A stretch of DNA of 64,000 nt, from NCBI RefSeq assembly GCF_009914755.1, contig NC_060930.1, one strand, 5' to 3'. The notes under the pieces were generated by a model that saw only the letters and a program-made list of their open reading frames with translations, was not told where the DNA came from and did not search any database. Position 1 is the first letter of the stretch. The number at the start of each line of letters is the position of its first letter. Origin of the DNA: the human T2T-CHM13v2.0 reference genome, Homo sapiens. A program made the translations under genes and the position numbers. Shown here in pieces: positions 13,928-26,497 of this stretch.

Positions 13928-16338
13928 GAAGAAGAGGTGAGAGAGGGGGCCAGAGGCCTGCCCAGCACCCAAGGAGCTCAGCTTGGAAACCCAGACCTCA
14001 GAGCACTCGGTTCTGCAGACACATTGGGGGTGCAGCCAGTGACAGGAGAGTGGGGCGCCAGCAGCATTAGGAACCACCCAGAGACTTCAGGCAAGAGGCT
14101 CCTGAGATGTCATTTGCACTGGAAGGCCCTGTTGGCAACAGTGTGGGGGACACATAAGGGGGGTGTCCAGGAAGATGTGACAGCGGCTCCTGCAAGAGGG
14201 GACAAGAGCCGGCACAGTGCAGTGGCCTTCAGACACTGGGGAGCAAGACAGGAGAGATCAGAGAGACCATGACCACCTCCTGCTGACCACCTGGATGTGA
14301 GGGATGAGGGGGCAGAGGGCATGAAATAAATGGGTTCCCCATGGGGGATGCCACTAGCAAAGAAGAGGCAGCTTGTGAGGAGGAGAGATTGCAGGGAGCT
14401 TGATGACCAGAGCTTGGGACCTGCGGAAGGGGAGGGCCCGTGGGACAATTAGGTCCACAAGTGTCCAGGGGGTCAGCTCACCCCAGGGAGATGCCAGGCC
14501 CAAGGCTGGAGCTGGACACTACAGAACCCACAGGCACCCTAGAGGACGAGCGGCCCTGTGCCCAGCAGGAAAGGCTGCCAGGCCACTCCACTCCCAGGTG
14601 CACCCTCCCTGACCTGAGTGTGTACCGTAGACCAGACCTCGAACTGAAGGGACAGAGGGATTGTGGAATCTCAGATGTATGCCCTAAAATCCCAACCACA
14701 CACGAGGCAGGAGGAACAGATACTTCGGGGGGATCAGACGTCCGGGTGCAGGGACAGTGTGCCATGAGAATGTTGGGAGACCCTACAGATGATGTCTGGG
14801 TGTCAAACGCCCCTTCTGCACACCTGAGAGTCACTTTGCTTCTGTTCCATGTTAGGCAAATCGGGATGGTCAGGACTGTCCCAAGAGAACCAGACTGAGC
14901 CACAAGGACCTCTGATGGGGAGTGCTGGACCCTGGGGTTCCCTTGGCCCCCAGATCTCAGATTATGGACCATCAGAGCAGGAATGCCCTAGGGGTCTTCT
15001 GACCATCACTCACCTTTTAGAGGCGGAAAGCCAAGCACCATCGTGAATATTACAAGCATGAATGGCAGCCTCATGGAAAGAACCCTCCAGGTGAATCTGA
15101 GCATATACAGGGGAACACCTGTTCCTCTTACCTCATATAACAGGCATTAGTGACAGTCACGAGACACTGCAGTATGTATATCTTTTTATTACCAGATGAG
15201 ATATTATGTGAAAAAACCCTTGAAAAGTACACAGTACGGTGGTACATATTTGCATTTCTTTGCTTGAGGGTTCCCTGAGGAAAGAAACACAGATATATAT
15301 GGCCTTATATCTTAACAATAATAGTAACGAGGTTGCGTCTTCAGTTTCAACTCAGAAAAATGAAATGTCTCTGAAGTTTTCCAGAGGGTCCTCGTTCTTT
15401 TTGAATTTTTTAAAAAATGGGTTCTGCTTGGACTCATCGCAGTTGGCTTCTCAAGGGAACTGGCATCAATCCATGAAGCCGTTGGGTCCTGCTCATAGAC
15501 ACAGCTCTCTGTGCCCAGACGATGTGGACTCTTTGCTACAAGATCCCAGAAACGTATTTACTTTGGAGAAGCATGCCAATTGGGAATACAACTTTCTCAC
15601 CATGTATACATGTAGTCAGAAGGTTTTGAAGAGCCTGAGAATTGCTAGCTTTCTGTGCATAACATGCCCATGAGACAACTCTATTCTGAAATCTTTTATT
15701 TTGAGGATAAATTGACTGAGGGTTCAAAAGATCTTAAATAACTGGACATGAAAGAACATAAGAGTCACGAGGGTGGGGGAGCTGGAAAAGGCGGTGGGCA
15801 GACATCAGAAGCTGGTTCTAGACACTGGCAATTCCATTTCTCTCCAAGCTGCTTTCCTCGCCTGTCCTCTGGGAATCTGTACCACCTCTGTCACAGGGTA
15901 GAGATCGAGTGAGTGAAATACAGAATGTGAATGAATATCGAAAACCAGAAAGCATTACAAATGCGTCAGCCATTCCGAGCTAAGATGGCACTATTGATTT
16001 CAAGACCCGTAATTTCTAGAGAGTCATTGAGAAGTTTCTGAGGGGTGTTGGATGATAGCACGAGTTTGTTTTTCAATTTTGCAAGATAATTTGTTTTATT
16101 CCATGGAGAATTAAGGAGAACTAGGCATCGTTTCTGGCCCTGCAAACCCAAAGATGGCGTAAGGTCAACGCTGAGGGGCTTGGGTGGGACAGGAGTGGCG
16201 TGGACTTACTGAGGACTAAGCACTGCTCACGTGGAGCTTATCTCAGAGTTTCACAAACGACAGGTGGAGAATGACCGAAGACCACCAACACACGAAGACC
16301 GTTTTTGAGGCTATACAAATTTGAACTCACATGACTGA

Positions 16339-16632
16339 TTTTTTTTTTTTGAGACCTAATCTCACTCTGTCACCCAGGCTGCAGTGCAATGGTGCTATCT
16401 TGGCTCACTGCAACCTCCGCCTCCTGGGTTCAAGTGATTTTTGTGCCTTGGCCTCTTGAGTAGCTGGAATTACAGGTGCCTGCCACCACACCCAGCTAAT
16501 TTTTGTATTTTTAATACAGACGGGGTTTCACCATGTTGGCCAGGGTGGTCTCGAACTCCTGACCTCAAATGATCCACCCACCTCGGCCTCCCAAAGTGCT
16601 GGGATTACAGGCATGAGCCCCCGCGCCCGGCC
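16339..16632 (-). mobile_element. AluS (antisense)
   Basis: Reverse Alu; TSD acatgac(t/g)gatttt. Confidence 0.95.
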
Positions 16633-17148
16633 ACATGACGGATTTTACCATGGTGACGCAGAGCCCTGATTCAGCTCCTAGATTCTAGGAAGCTCAGAGA
16701 CCTCTCCAGTGGGCTCTTATTCCAATTCTTAGCAAATAGGAGAGTGCTGGGTGGGGGAACTCAATCCTTCCCATCTAGTTAAAATTTCTCATTTCATATG
16801 ATGACCCTCCACACACTATATTTGGGGAATTGTGGGATTTCCTTTCAGATCCTAACTGGCCAATTCACTTTTTAAATTATCCTCATTTCTACTCACTTGT
16901 TTACATCTCCTTTTAAGAATTATTTACATTACAAATGAAACCATCTTTTTTCACCTTCTTCCTCACTCGCTCAAGGCCTTTCTTTATCTTCTCAATGGCT
17001 TCATAATCATCTTTGTTTCTACCCAGCAGAGCTTACTCAGGGTGTCACTTGCTTCAGAATGCCGGCCTCTGCAGTGCACACTTGTCCTCCTCCTTGAATC
17101 ACAAAATTCACCCAATTTTGGAAAGCAGGGTTAAAAAACAGGATTTAT

Positions 17149-17424
<276 letters not shown>

Positions 17425-18089
17425 TTAAACAAACTTGGAAAACAAGAAAATAGAAATGTGTAAAATTGCCTATTTGGGGAGCTGAAGGGACCTCTGTTGT
17501 CTAGTAGTCAAGCTCCGTCATTTCATGCCCATAGAGACTTAGCCACCTGCCAGGTGGTGGCAAGGCCAGGGCAGGAGCCAGTGAGACCTGGGTGGGGAGG
17601 GGAGAGACACCTTAGAGTCAGCCACATTGCTGTCCAAGGTTACTTTACATTGTAGCATAAAGGTCACAGCAGTGCTACATTTTACTAATTGGTTTTACAC
17701 TGAAATGTTTTAGTTTTAGGGTTTGTTTTTTTTTTTTAACAAATGGAGCTAAATGCTGCAGAATGTTAATTTATAAAACACTGTCAAGGACTCAAAACCA
17801 GAAGAATTCATGCAGATACTAATAAAACAGAGTCATTGTGCATTAGATTTTCCCGCTCAAAGGCATCTTAGAGCTTATCTAATTGAACATTTTATCTGTG
17901 AAGAAATTTAGTCCCCATGTGGAAGTGCTATAATAATAGTTTAAGGACACAGAATTAGTTAATATGATTTCTTGATTTTGTTTCTTCATACAATTAAGCA
18001 GATAGGACTTATTTTCACAAAAGGAGCTGAGAAGAGAGTGTGGGGGAAGAAACCATACCTGATACATTGCTTTACCCAAGAGAACCCTC

Positions 18090-18470
18090 TGTCTTAGTCC
18101 ATTTTCTGTTGCTATAACAATACCTGAGACTATGTAATGTACAAAGAAAAGGGATTTATTTCTTAGGGTTCTGGAGGCTGGAAAGTCCAAGATCGAGGGA
18201 ATGCATCTGATGAGGGCCTTCTTGCTGATGGGGACACTGCAGAGTCTCAAGGTGGCCCAACGCATCACATATGGCGAGGGGGCTGGGCATGCTGGCTCAG
18301 GTCTCCCTTCCTCCTCTTATGAAGCCATGAAGGCCTCACCCTGATGGCCTCAGCTGCCCCTAATTACCTCTCAATTACCATAGTCAGATTTCTTATCCTC
18401 TTAATACAGCTACAGTGTGGATTAAGTTTCAATGTGAGTTTCAGAGGGGACAAATATTCAAACCCTAGCA
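18090..18470 (-). mobile_element. MaLR solo LTR (MST-type)
   Basis: TGTCTTAGTCC...AAACCCTAGCA termini; 5-bp TSD CCCTC on both sides. Confidence 0.88.
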
Positions 18471-18884
18471 CCCTCCAAGCTCCACAATCGGAACAATAAT
18501 GTTTGCCAAGCAGCTTTATCAAATCCATGTCTCTGTAAGAAGTTTCTGCTTCTTCCAACATTCACTTTGCTGAGGATGAGGCCACCTTGACTTGATTGAG
18601 GGTGGATATCTCCACACATGGGCAGGTTCTTTTCTTGTGCTGCAGAGTCCCAAGGGACCCTGGACACAAAGGCCAGGCCTGGTGTGGCAGGTCCCATTGT
18701 GGCCACATTCCTGCTGCCATGCTGGGCCTTGGGTACCCATCACCCGATCAGCCTGAGTGTCTGCTCCAGCAGAGACGCTTTGGGTCCTCAGGGCACTCTG
18801 GCACAGCAACCAGCAGAGAATTGGAGTGTGAGGCAGTCACAGGTGGTGGCTGAGGTGCAGATGAACGTGTGGGTTCCAATGCTG

Positions 18885-19010
18885 ACTCCTCCATCTGCAC
18901 TTTTCTTACCTGCAAAATGGGAATAATAACATTGAGTTCATCTGGTTTCATGAGAATTAAATGACACAGTCCATGTAAAATTCTTAGCACAGTGCCCAAC
19001 ACAAAGCAAG
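18885..19010 (+). mobile_element. MIR
   Basis: ctgcaaaatgggaataataac...gagaattaaatga...cttagcacagtgcc core. Confidence 0.8.
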
Positions 19011-20100
19011 GTCAGTTAGAAAGATTAGATTAAAACAGGGGAAGGTGGAGTAAGGCAGGTGAAGTTGCTTTTCAGAACTCTCCTGAGTCATCGGACACAG
19101 TAGCAAAGCTTTTATAACTTAGATCTTACCAAAAGACCTAGAGCCGCATGAATCATTTACAGTCTAAGGAAGGGCTTGGTCCTCTAATCCTTCAGCTAGT
19201 TTAATATTTAAATGTTCCTATTGCATAATTTTATGAATTATGTGGTGACCATAGAGGCCAGATACAATATGTACCACTGGATCTCAACTTTCGTCTTTCT
19301 AAACAACAAATGGAATATACCTCATAGGGCAAAATTTTTCTAATTTTGGAGGTAAAAAAGCCCTACGTTTAAAGAAAAGTATTTTCTACTTCAGACCTTT
19401 AAAAACATGCGACTTAATTTAAATGTGATTAACATTTAAATTAGAAATTTAAACTTCAATTGCACATTTCCATCTATTTTCCACCAGATTCTCAAGATGC
19501 TCTTGGGGAACGAGGCTGGGATTCTCATTCCCCACATCCTGACCAAGCTGAGCCACCGTCTGCCAAGAGCCTGTGACCGCTGCATGGAAAATGCAGAATC
19601 CTGGCTCTGGGTCCCCTCTCCATTACCCATGCCTGGCCACAGGACATAATTTTTATTGAACTCTGGATCCACTCTTGAGGGCCTGTGTTAGAACCCGACT
19701 TCTGGGAGAGTTCAAATTCTTAACATTTCTTGCCAAACATTTCGTTCGATCTCCAGCAGCCTTCAGATACAACTTTTGCAAATACTTTCCCCTCAATATT
19801 TCAGTGGAGTTTTTGGTCCCTGTCCTATTGTAATAATTCTCTGCTTCTCCATATTTTTAAGGCCCCTTTTTCATATTTGATCTCTTCCAGAAATTAAATC
19901 TTCCTCTAATCTGAGGAAAGGCACAGCTGACTAAGCTCAGGATGGGGCCAGTGTCCTAACCTTTCTGACTGATTTCCTCCGCTGTCAGATATGGATTATA
20001 GCGCCTACCCCCAGGGCTGCTGTCAAGTTAAATGAAATGGTGCTTCCAGCAGATACTCAGTAACTGGTAGCTTTCCTTAATCCTTAATAATATTCTTTTC

Positions 20101-20425
20101 GGCTGGGCATGGTGTTCATGCCTGTAATCCCAGCACTTTGGGAGGCTGAGGCAGGTGGATCACCTGAGGTCAGGAGTTCGAGACCAGCCTGACCAACATG
20201 GCAAAATCCCATCTCCACTAAAAATACAAAAAAAAAAAAAAAAAAAAAAATAGCCAGATGTGGCGGCGTGCATGCCTATAGTCCCAGCCACTCGGGAGGC
20301 TGAGGCAGGAGATATCGCTTGAACCCGGGAGGCAGAGGCTGCAATGAGCCGAGATCATACCATTGCACTCCAGCCTGGGCAACAGAGCAAGGCTCCATTT
20401 CAAAATATAAATAAATAAAATAAAA
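20101..20425 (+). mobile_element. AluS with an expanded central A tract
   Basis: Full Alu body; long central A run at about 20228-20249. Confidence 0.95.
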
Positions 20426-21169
20426 TTGTTTTCATCATTATTTAGAGTTTTAGGTTCACAAAATAGGACCATAGCTCTTTTTCCTGAACTATGTTCCCAC
20501 TGACCACTTTAATGGAACCTTCTTTGCCCACTTAGGATCTGAGGGCAGGTGACTTGCATTCCACTGTAGCCTCTGGGGCTCTCACTGGTACCCCATGGAG
20601 CTTGAGTAAAACCACCCCTGCCTCCCACTATCTCTCTCCTCCCACTCTTTCTGCATGAGCTGATCCATGTGAACTGTTGTCAGCTCTTAGCACCTAGTCA
20701 GTATCTCCCAGCTCTCAGCCTTCTCAGAACGTATGCAGAAGTCCTGGAACCCTGTTTTGTCTTGTGCTTGGCATGCCTAGAATCTCATGTTTTGCCCGCG
20801 TTTGCCAGTGTCTTCACCTGGCAAGCTGGAGTAGTGATCGCTCATAAACCTACTAAACGAGATTGAAGACATTTCTGCCTTTACTTAATCCATAGTTACT
20901 GGGTGTCTACTGCATGCCAGGCACTTAGGTGCCAGGGCTCTGAGGGTGACTAGAAATGATTCCTCCCCTCTGGGAGCCAGCTGGATGAAAGAGGAGAGCA
21001 GGTCCACAGGTCACTGCAGGCAGCTCGGTGCCACCAGAGGCATGGCCAGGATCCCCGGGCTAGCTAACTCAATCTTGTTATTTTCTAGAACCTTCCAGGT
21101 ATTCCAGCCATCCCCCACCCTCAGTATTCCATTCACCAGCTGGCTCTTAGGGAGTAGCTCCTCATCTTT

Positions 21170-21548
21170 TGATATGGTTAGGCTTTGTGTCCCCACCCAA
21201 ATCTCATCCTTAATTGTAGTTCCCATAATCCCCATGTGTGGTGGGAGGAGCTGGTGGGAGGTAATTGAATCATGGGGGCAGTTTCCCCCATGCTATTCTC
21301 ATGATAGTGAGTGAGTTCTCATGAGACCTGATGGTTTTATAAGGGACTTCCCCCTTCACTTGCCTCTCATTCTTCTCTCTCCTTCTGCCTTGTGAAGAAG
21401 GATGTGTTTGCGTCCCCTTCCACCATGATTATAAGTTTCCTGAAGCCTTGCCAGCCCTGCAGAACTGTGAATCGATTAAACCTCTTTCCTTTATAAATTA
21501 CCCAGTCTCGGGTATGCCCTTATAGCAGCATGAGAACAGACTCATACA
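21170..21548 (+). mobile_element. THE1 (MaLR) solo LTR
   Basis: TGATATGGTT...CTCATACA termini; 5-bp TSD TCTTT; THE1-type interior. Confidence 0.92.
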
Positions 21549-21550
21549 TC

Positions 21551-21858
21551 TTTTTTTTTTTTTTTTTTTTTGAGACAGAGTCTTGCTCTGTCGCTCAGGC
21601 TTTAGTGCAGTGGCATGATCTCAGCTCACTGCAGCTTGCACCCTCCACCTCCTGGGTTCAAGCGGTTCTCCTGCCTCAGCCTCCTGAGTAGCTGGGACTA
21701 TAGGCACACACCACCACACCCAGCTAATTTTTGTATTTTTAGTAGAGACGGGGTTTCACCATGTTGGCCAGGATATTCTCGATCTCCTGACCTCGTGATC
21801 TGCCCGCCTCGGCCTCCCAAAATGCTGGGATTGCAGGCGTGAGCCACCACACCCAGCC
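21551..21858 (-). mobile_element. Alu (Sc/Sg-like, antisense) inserted at the THE1 3' end
   Basis: Reverse Alu; TSD ct(c/a)atacatctttt. Confidence 0.94.
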
Positions 21859-22611
21859 CTAATACATCTTTTAAATAAAGGAATCCTCCAGTGATACTGT
21901 GGTATAAAGACCACTCCCTTTTGGCAGGACCCAAACTTTAGAATCAAGGAATGTGGCAACAACTTCAAAGTGTTTGTTTAAAGAACTTCCCATCACACGT
22001 GCCCCTAACCCTACCCTGGCACACAGGACAGCCATTCAATTTTTCCACACAGAAAGTATAGAAATAATACTCTAAATATGGCTGTGTGGAGCTTCTCAGA
22101 TGTGTTCACTTGGGCCCCTGAGAGCAATGTCATGTGTTGGTTGCAGTCACTTGCTCTCTTCCCAGCTCAGCTTGTGCCTAATTCTTGCCAACTTTCTATC
22201 CTGGACACTGAATGACACTAGCCTCCCCATTGGAAGGTATAACTCTAGCAGCTCTTTAGCTTCCGCTCCTCTGAGCGCATTCAGAGCTGGAGGCAGGAGG
22301 GTGGCTCTCCCAGCAGGACAGGATGGGCCACCATGTGAGGTCTCCCTGCTTTTCCATGGCCTGTTCTCATCCTTGACCTGAAAAGAAAGAATGCTGTCTG
22401 CTACCAACAATGGCAATCAAGCTGACTGACATGGAAGCTAAATTAGGAGTTCGTTCCTTGGATCTGAGGAATATTTTAGTGTCTGAAAATTGTGTCCTCA
22501 CCAAATAACACAAGGAACTCTTTGAAGCCATGGTGTCCTATGTTGTGGCAGTTTCTTCTTAGTATTCCGAGCACCTGATACAGTGCTGGGTACATGGAAA
22601 ATACTCAGTAA

Positions 22612-22752
22612 AGGCAGTGTAGCATTTAATGGACAGGAGCTCAGGTTAGGAGACAGATAGAGCTGGGCCCCCATCCCAGCTTTGCGATACACTAACTGTG
22701 TGACCTTGGGCAATGCACTTACTCCTGCAGATGTCCTTTTGATAAGATGAGA
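22612..22752 (+). mobile_element. MIR, preceded by an L2 3'-end fragment
   Basis: actaactgtgtgaccttgggcaa core. Confidence 0.7.
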
Positions 22753-22834
22753 GTGTATTCAGTTACTTGACAAATGTGTGTTAGGCTTAGAGTAGGGTTG
22801 GCAGACAAGCACAAGTGAAAAACAAATGTGAGCA

Positions 22835-23202
22835 TGTCTTAGTCCATTTTGTGCTGCTGTGACAGAGTACCACAGACCGGGTAACTTATAAAGAGCAGAG
22901 ATTTAGTCCTTACAGTTCTGGAGGCTGGGAAGTCCACGGCCACGGGGCCTACATCTGAAGGGTCTTCTTGCTGTGTCCTCCCATGGCAGAAGGCAGGAGG
23001 GCAAGAGAGTGTGAGAGGCGGAGGGGGATCATTCCTTTATCAGGAGCCCGCTCCCACAATAACAGCATTAATCCTAAGCCATTCATGAGAGCAGAGCCCT
23101 CATGACCTCATCCCCTCTTCAATGCCCCACCTCTCAACACTGTTGCACTGGGGACTAAGTTTCCAACACACGAACTTCGGGGGACACATTCAGACCATAG
23201 CA
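22835..23202 (-). mobile_element. MaLR solo LTR (MLT1A/MSTD-like)
   Basis: TGTCTTAGTCC...CAGACCATAGCA termini; cagttctggaggctgggaagtcc motif. Confidence 0.88.
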
Positions 23203-23224
23203 GATGATTTCAGATGAAGCCAGG

Positions 23225-23620
23225 GTAAAGCCGATAGGACTTGCTCATGGTTTGGATGTGGGGGTGAGAGAAAGGGCGGGGTCAGGAAAGATGCCTGGGG
23301 TTCTGAGTTGAGCAACTGGTCAGATAGAGAGTCTGAAGAGGCACGTGTTTGGGGAGGGAGGACAGGATGTCCTCTCCAGGACAAGTCAAGTCTGAGGGCC
23401 AGTCAGGCCATGCAGCAGGAGTCTGTTGCTGAAGGTGAGAGGCCGCCGTTTTGGAGTCATCAGTGTAGAGTGGCATTTGGACCTTGAGATGAAAAGGGAT
23501 TGCCAGTGAGAGAGAAAGACAGTCCATGGAAAAGAGACCCTGGGTGCAACTGATCATCAGATGTTGGGCAGAGAGGAAAGCACAGAAAGGGAGGTGGGGA
23601 GAGCACGCAGGCTCGAGGTG
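23225..23620 (-). mobile_element. L2 relic
   Basis: ggacttgctcatggtttggatgtgggg...gagcaactgg L2 motif. Confidence 0.6.
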
Positions 23621-24514
23621 TAAGAATGTGGGGTGGGGATTAGGCCAGTGAGAACTCCGGCCTGAGGACTGTGATGCTTTCTGACTCCCCGGAGGCACCC
23701 GCCGAGCCTCTCAGACTCATTACCACCATAAACTCAACAAACACAACAGAGGACATGAAAAATATTCAGTAGGATAATTTCTCGGTGAGCCTAGATTTTT
23801 AGTGGGATTCCTGCCACTAAAATCCCAGAAATAGTTTGCCAGAAAAAGTTTTCAATACAAGTTTCTAGACAGGAACTGCTTTTAGCTCAGGGCTACCGGA
23901 GAGCCAGGAGTTCACACTCATCTCTAAGACGGCGCTGGTTTCCCAAGAAGCTCCCAGACTCCACGAGCAACTGTCTCGTCCGCATCATCTGTTGCTTTCA
24001 TTTCAGTAGTTACTCTGCCTCCGTCGGGAAAGCACAGTGTCACAGCTTAGCTGTTATTAAACTTTCTAAGCTAAAAATACAACCTGCCTGCTATGGTAGA
24101 AATGGTCTGTAGTGTGCTGCAAGACCTTCATGCTTCAGATGGGGTGTACCTGGTGTTAACGATGCCTCCCAGACCCTACATTCTTCTTTGCTGATAGGCG
24201 ATTTTCACTTCAGTTGAGAGGCTCAAACCCACCGCATGTGGGATTGAGAGATCAGCTTTCCTAGAGTGAATAGGAGATTCCATCCCAGCATGTGCTTTTA
24301 TGCCCCCAGCTTTCACTCTCATGCCCATTTTCTGTAGTCATACATTGAGAAGAAAAGTGGTTTCTCAAAATGATGGCCTCCAAGTCTTAGGAAATTCTGG
24401 CTGATTCAGATTTTTTTCTCTCTGTGCACGTTGACACATAGATAGATTTCTCATGATACAGACTGTGCAGATCAGTAACTCGGGGAAATGAGGTTTGTTC
24501 GTTGTCAATATTTA

Positions 24515-24830
24515 AACACTTAATTTTTTTTAGAGCTGTTTTAGGTTCACAGCAAAATTGAGAGGCAGGTCCAGAGAGTTCCCATCTCCCCCTCCCCTCC
24601 ACATGCACAGCCTCCCCCATTATCAACATCTCCCATCATAGTGGATAAATTTGGCAGGATTGATGAACGTGCATTGATACATCACTATCATGCAACGTCC
24701 ACAGTTTACATTAGGGTTCACTCTAGGTGTGGTACATTCTGTGGCTTTGGGCAAACGTATGGATTGCATGTTTCTGTCATTCCAGTATCACACAGAGTAT
24801 TTCCCCGGCCCCGGGTATTCTCTGTGATAC
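24515..24830 (-). mobile_element. Old L1M (L1MC/MD-like) 3' end
   Basis: ttttaggttcacagcaaaattgag...gtttacattagggttcactct motif. Confidence 0.8.
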
Positions 24831-25644
24831 ACCCGATACACCTGTGCAGCCCTCCCCAGCCCCAGGGAGGTTGTTTTTATTCAGGGTTTGCTTTTCCAGC
24901 TGGGGGGGGGGCGGCGGGGGCAGCAACACATGTTAACATGTAACTCACATGGGTAGGCTTATACAAATTATTTTCCCTGAGTGTCAGCATCTTATAGGCC
25001 ATCAGCTTATCACCAAGCCAGGGAGCTCTGAAATCTCTCCTCAAGTCCTCTGCTCAGATTGGCTGTTTCTTATTACTACCACTTGGCAGGCAGCAATGAT
25101 TATCTTGCACTTCCTCTGCCGCCACTATCATTCAGGTGTCCTCATGCCCTTTTCAAGAAACAAGCTTGCATTTGACCAAAAATGCAAGATGACCGATTTA
25201 TGATACATGACCAGAAAGTCATGATACTGACTGCCTTGCCTAAGTTTATAATGTTTTATTTATATGGTCACACCTCATATAGCACTCCCGGTATATTTTC
25301 AAGCACATAGAGATAGATAAAATATGAAAACTGGATACAAGTTCAGCTTAGAAAACAGCCGGAGGAGAAAGCTAAGTCATATGCCCAGCGGTGTCCTCCC
25401 CAGCCGCCACAGGCAGTCTTGTATGAGCGAGTATGTTAGAATGGTGTTCTCAATAGAAGATCAGCTGAGTAGTCAAGAGAAGCCCTTTGCCATTACTTGC
25501 AAGGGGAAGAACAAATCTCAAATGCATTACAGACTTTGTGTGCAGATGTCCAGGTGAGAGGCCTGGGGTCTGCACTTAGGGTACCATGGGTAACCATGTG
25601 ATGATGCCCATATCGGACCCTCTGTCATTTATAAAGTGCCAGAG

Positions 25645-25845
25645 GCGGCATGGACAGTAAGAAGATGGGAGCAGCTCTGAAAGGCATGGCCTCAAGTTCT
25701 AGTTCCACTGCTTCTGAGCTGAATGGCCCCGTGCAGGCAGTCTCCCATCTCTGTAAGCCTCAGTTTGCCCATCTGTAAAATAGGGTAACACCATCGTTTT
25801 CTTCATAGGAATGTTTTGAGGCCCAATGCATTAATAAATGTGATG
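25645..25845 (+). mobile_element. MIR
   Basis: gcctcagtttgcccatctgtaaaataggg core. Confidence 0.75.
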
Positions 25846-26359
25846 GATATCTGCTGAACGGTTGTAACTGAGGACAAAGGATTGTCCCTCTGTCCTGTCC
25901 CAGGCCCCTTGTGGCCTCTCTCTATGGCCATTTACTATGCAATGCAGGTCACTTGATCGACATCCAGCCCCAGCCCAGAACTTACCATCAGGCGGTGTTG
26001 GTTCCCTCTTAAGGGAAGGTTGTTCAGTGAATGCAAAGAAGTTTCTTTTACCAAAGAGAGGAATCTTTACTTTCCAAAAGAAATGAGAATTTGCCCTCCT
26101 GTTTCTTTAAGTTGCCATTTGAGAAGAATGCATATGCTTTGTTTTTTCAAAACAGCTACGTTCTGTTGAAAGAATGACGATGTCCTTGAACTGTCTTGAT
26201 GAGAAACATTTCTCTGAGTGGTTAATTTGGAAATATGCAGAATAATATCATTGTGTTATACTATCAGAGTATTGGGTGGGAGGGGCGGGGCTCCTGCAAG
26301 TAAAAAGACATTTTATTAATTGATTTCCACTTTTTTTTTTTTTCTGCCTCTCATTTCAG

Positions 26360-26497
26360 AACGGTTTGATCACCACTGTCCCTGGGTAGGCAACTGTGTG
26401 GGGAAAAGAAACTACAGATTTTTTTATATGTTTATTTTATCTCTGTCTTTTCTGACAGTCTTTATATTTGCATTCGTTATCACCCACGTCATTCTTC
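26360..26497 (+). CDS. ZDHHC14: ZDHHC14 coding exon (likely exon 4): (E)[45 protein letters not shown](R); catalytic DHHC motif plus TM3
   Basis: Poly-T tract and tttcag acceptor ending 26359; donor C|GTAAGT at 26498; 138 nt, phase 1/1; [12 protein letters not shown] signature of DHHC palmitoyltransferases. Confidence 0.97.
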
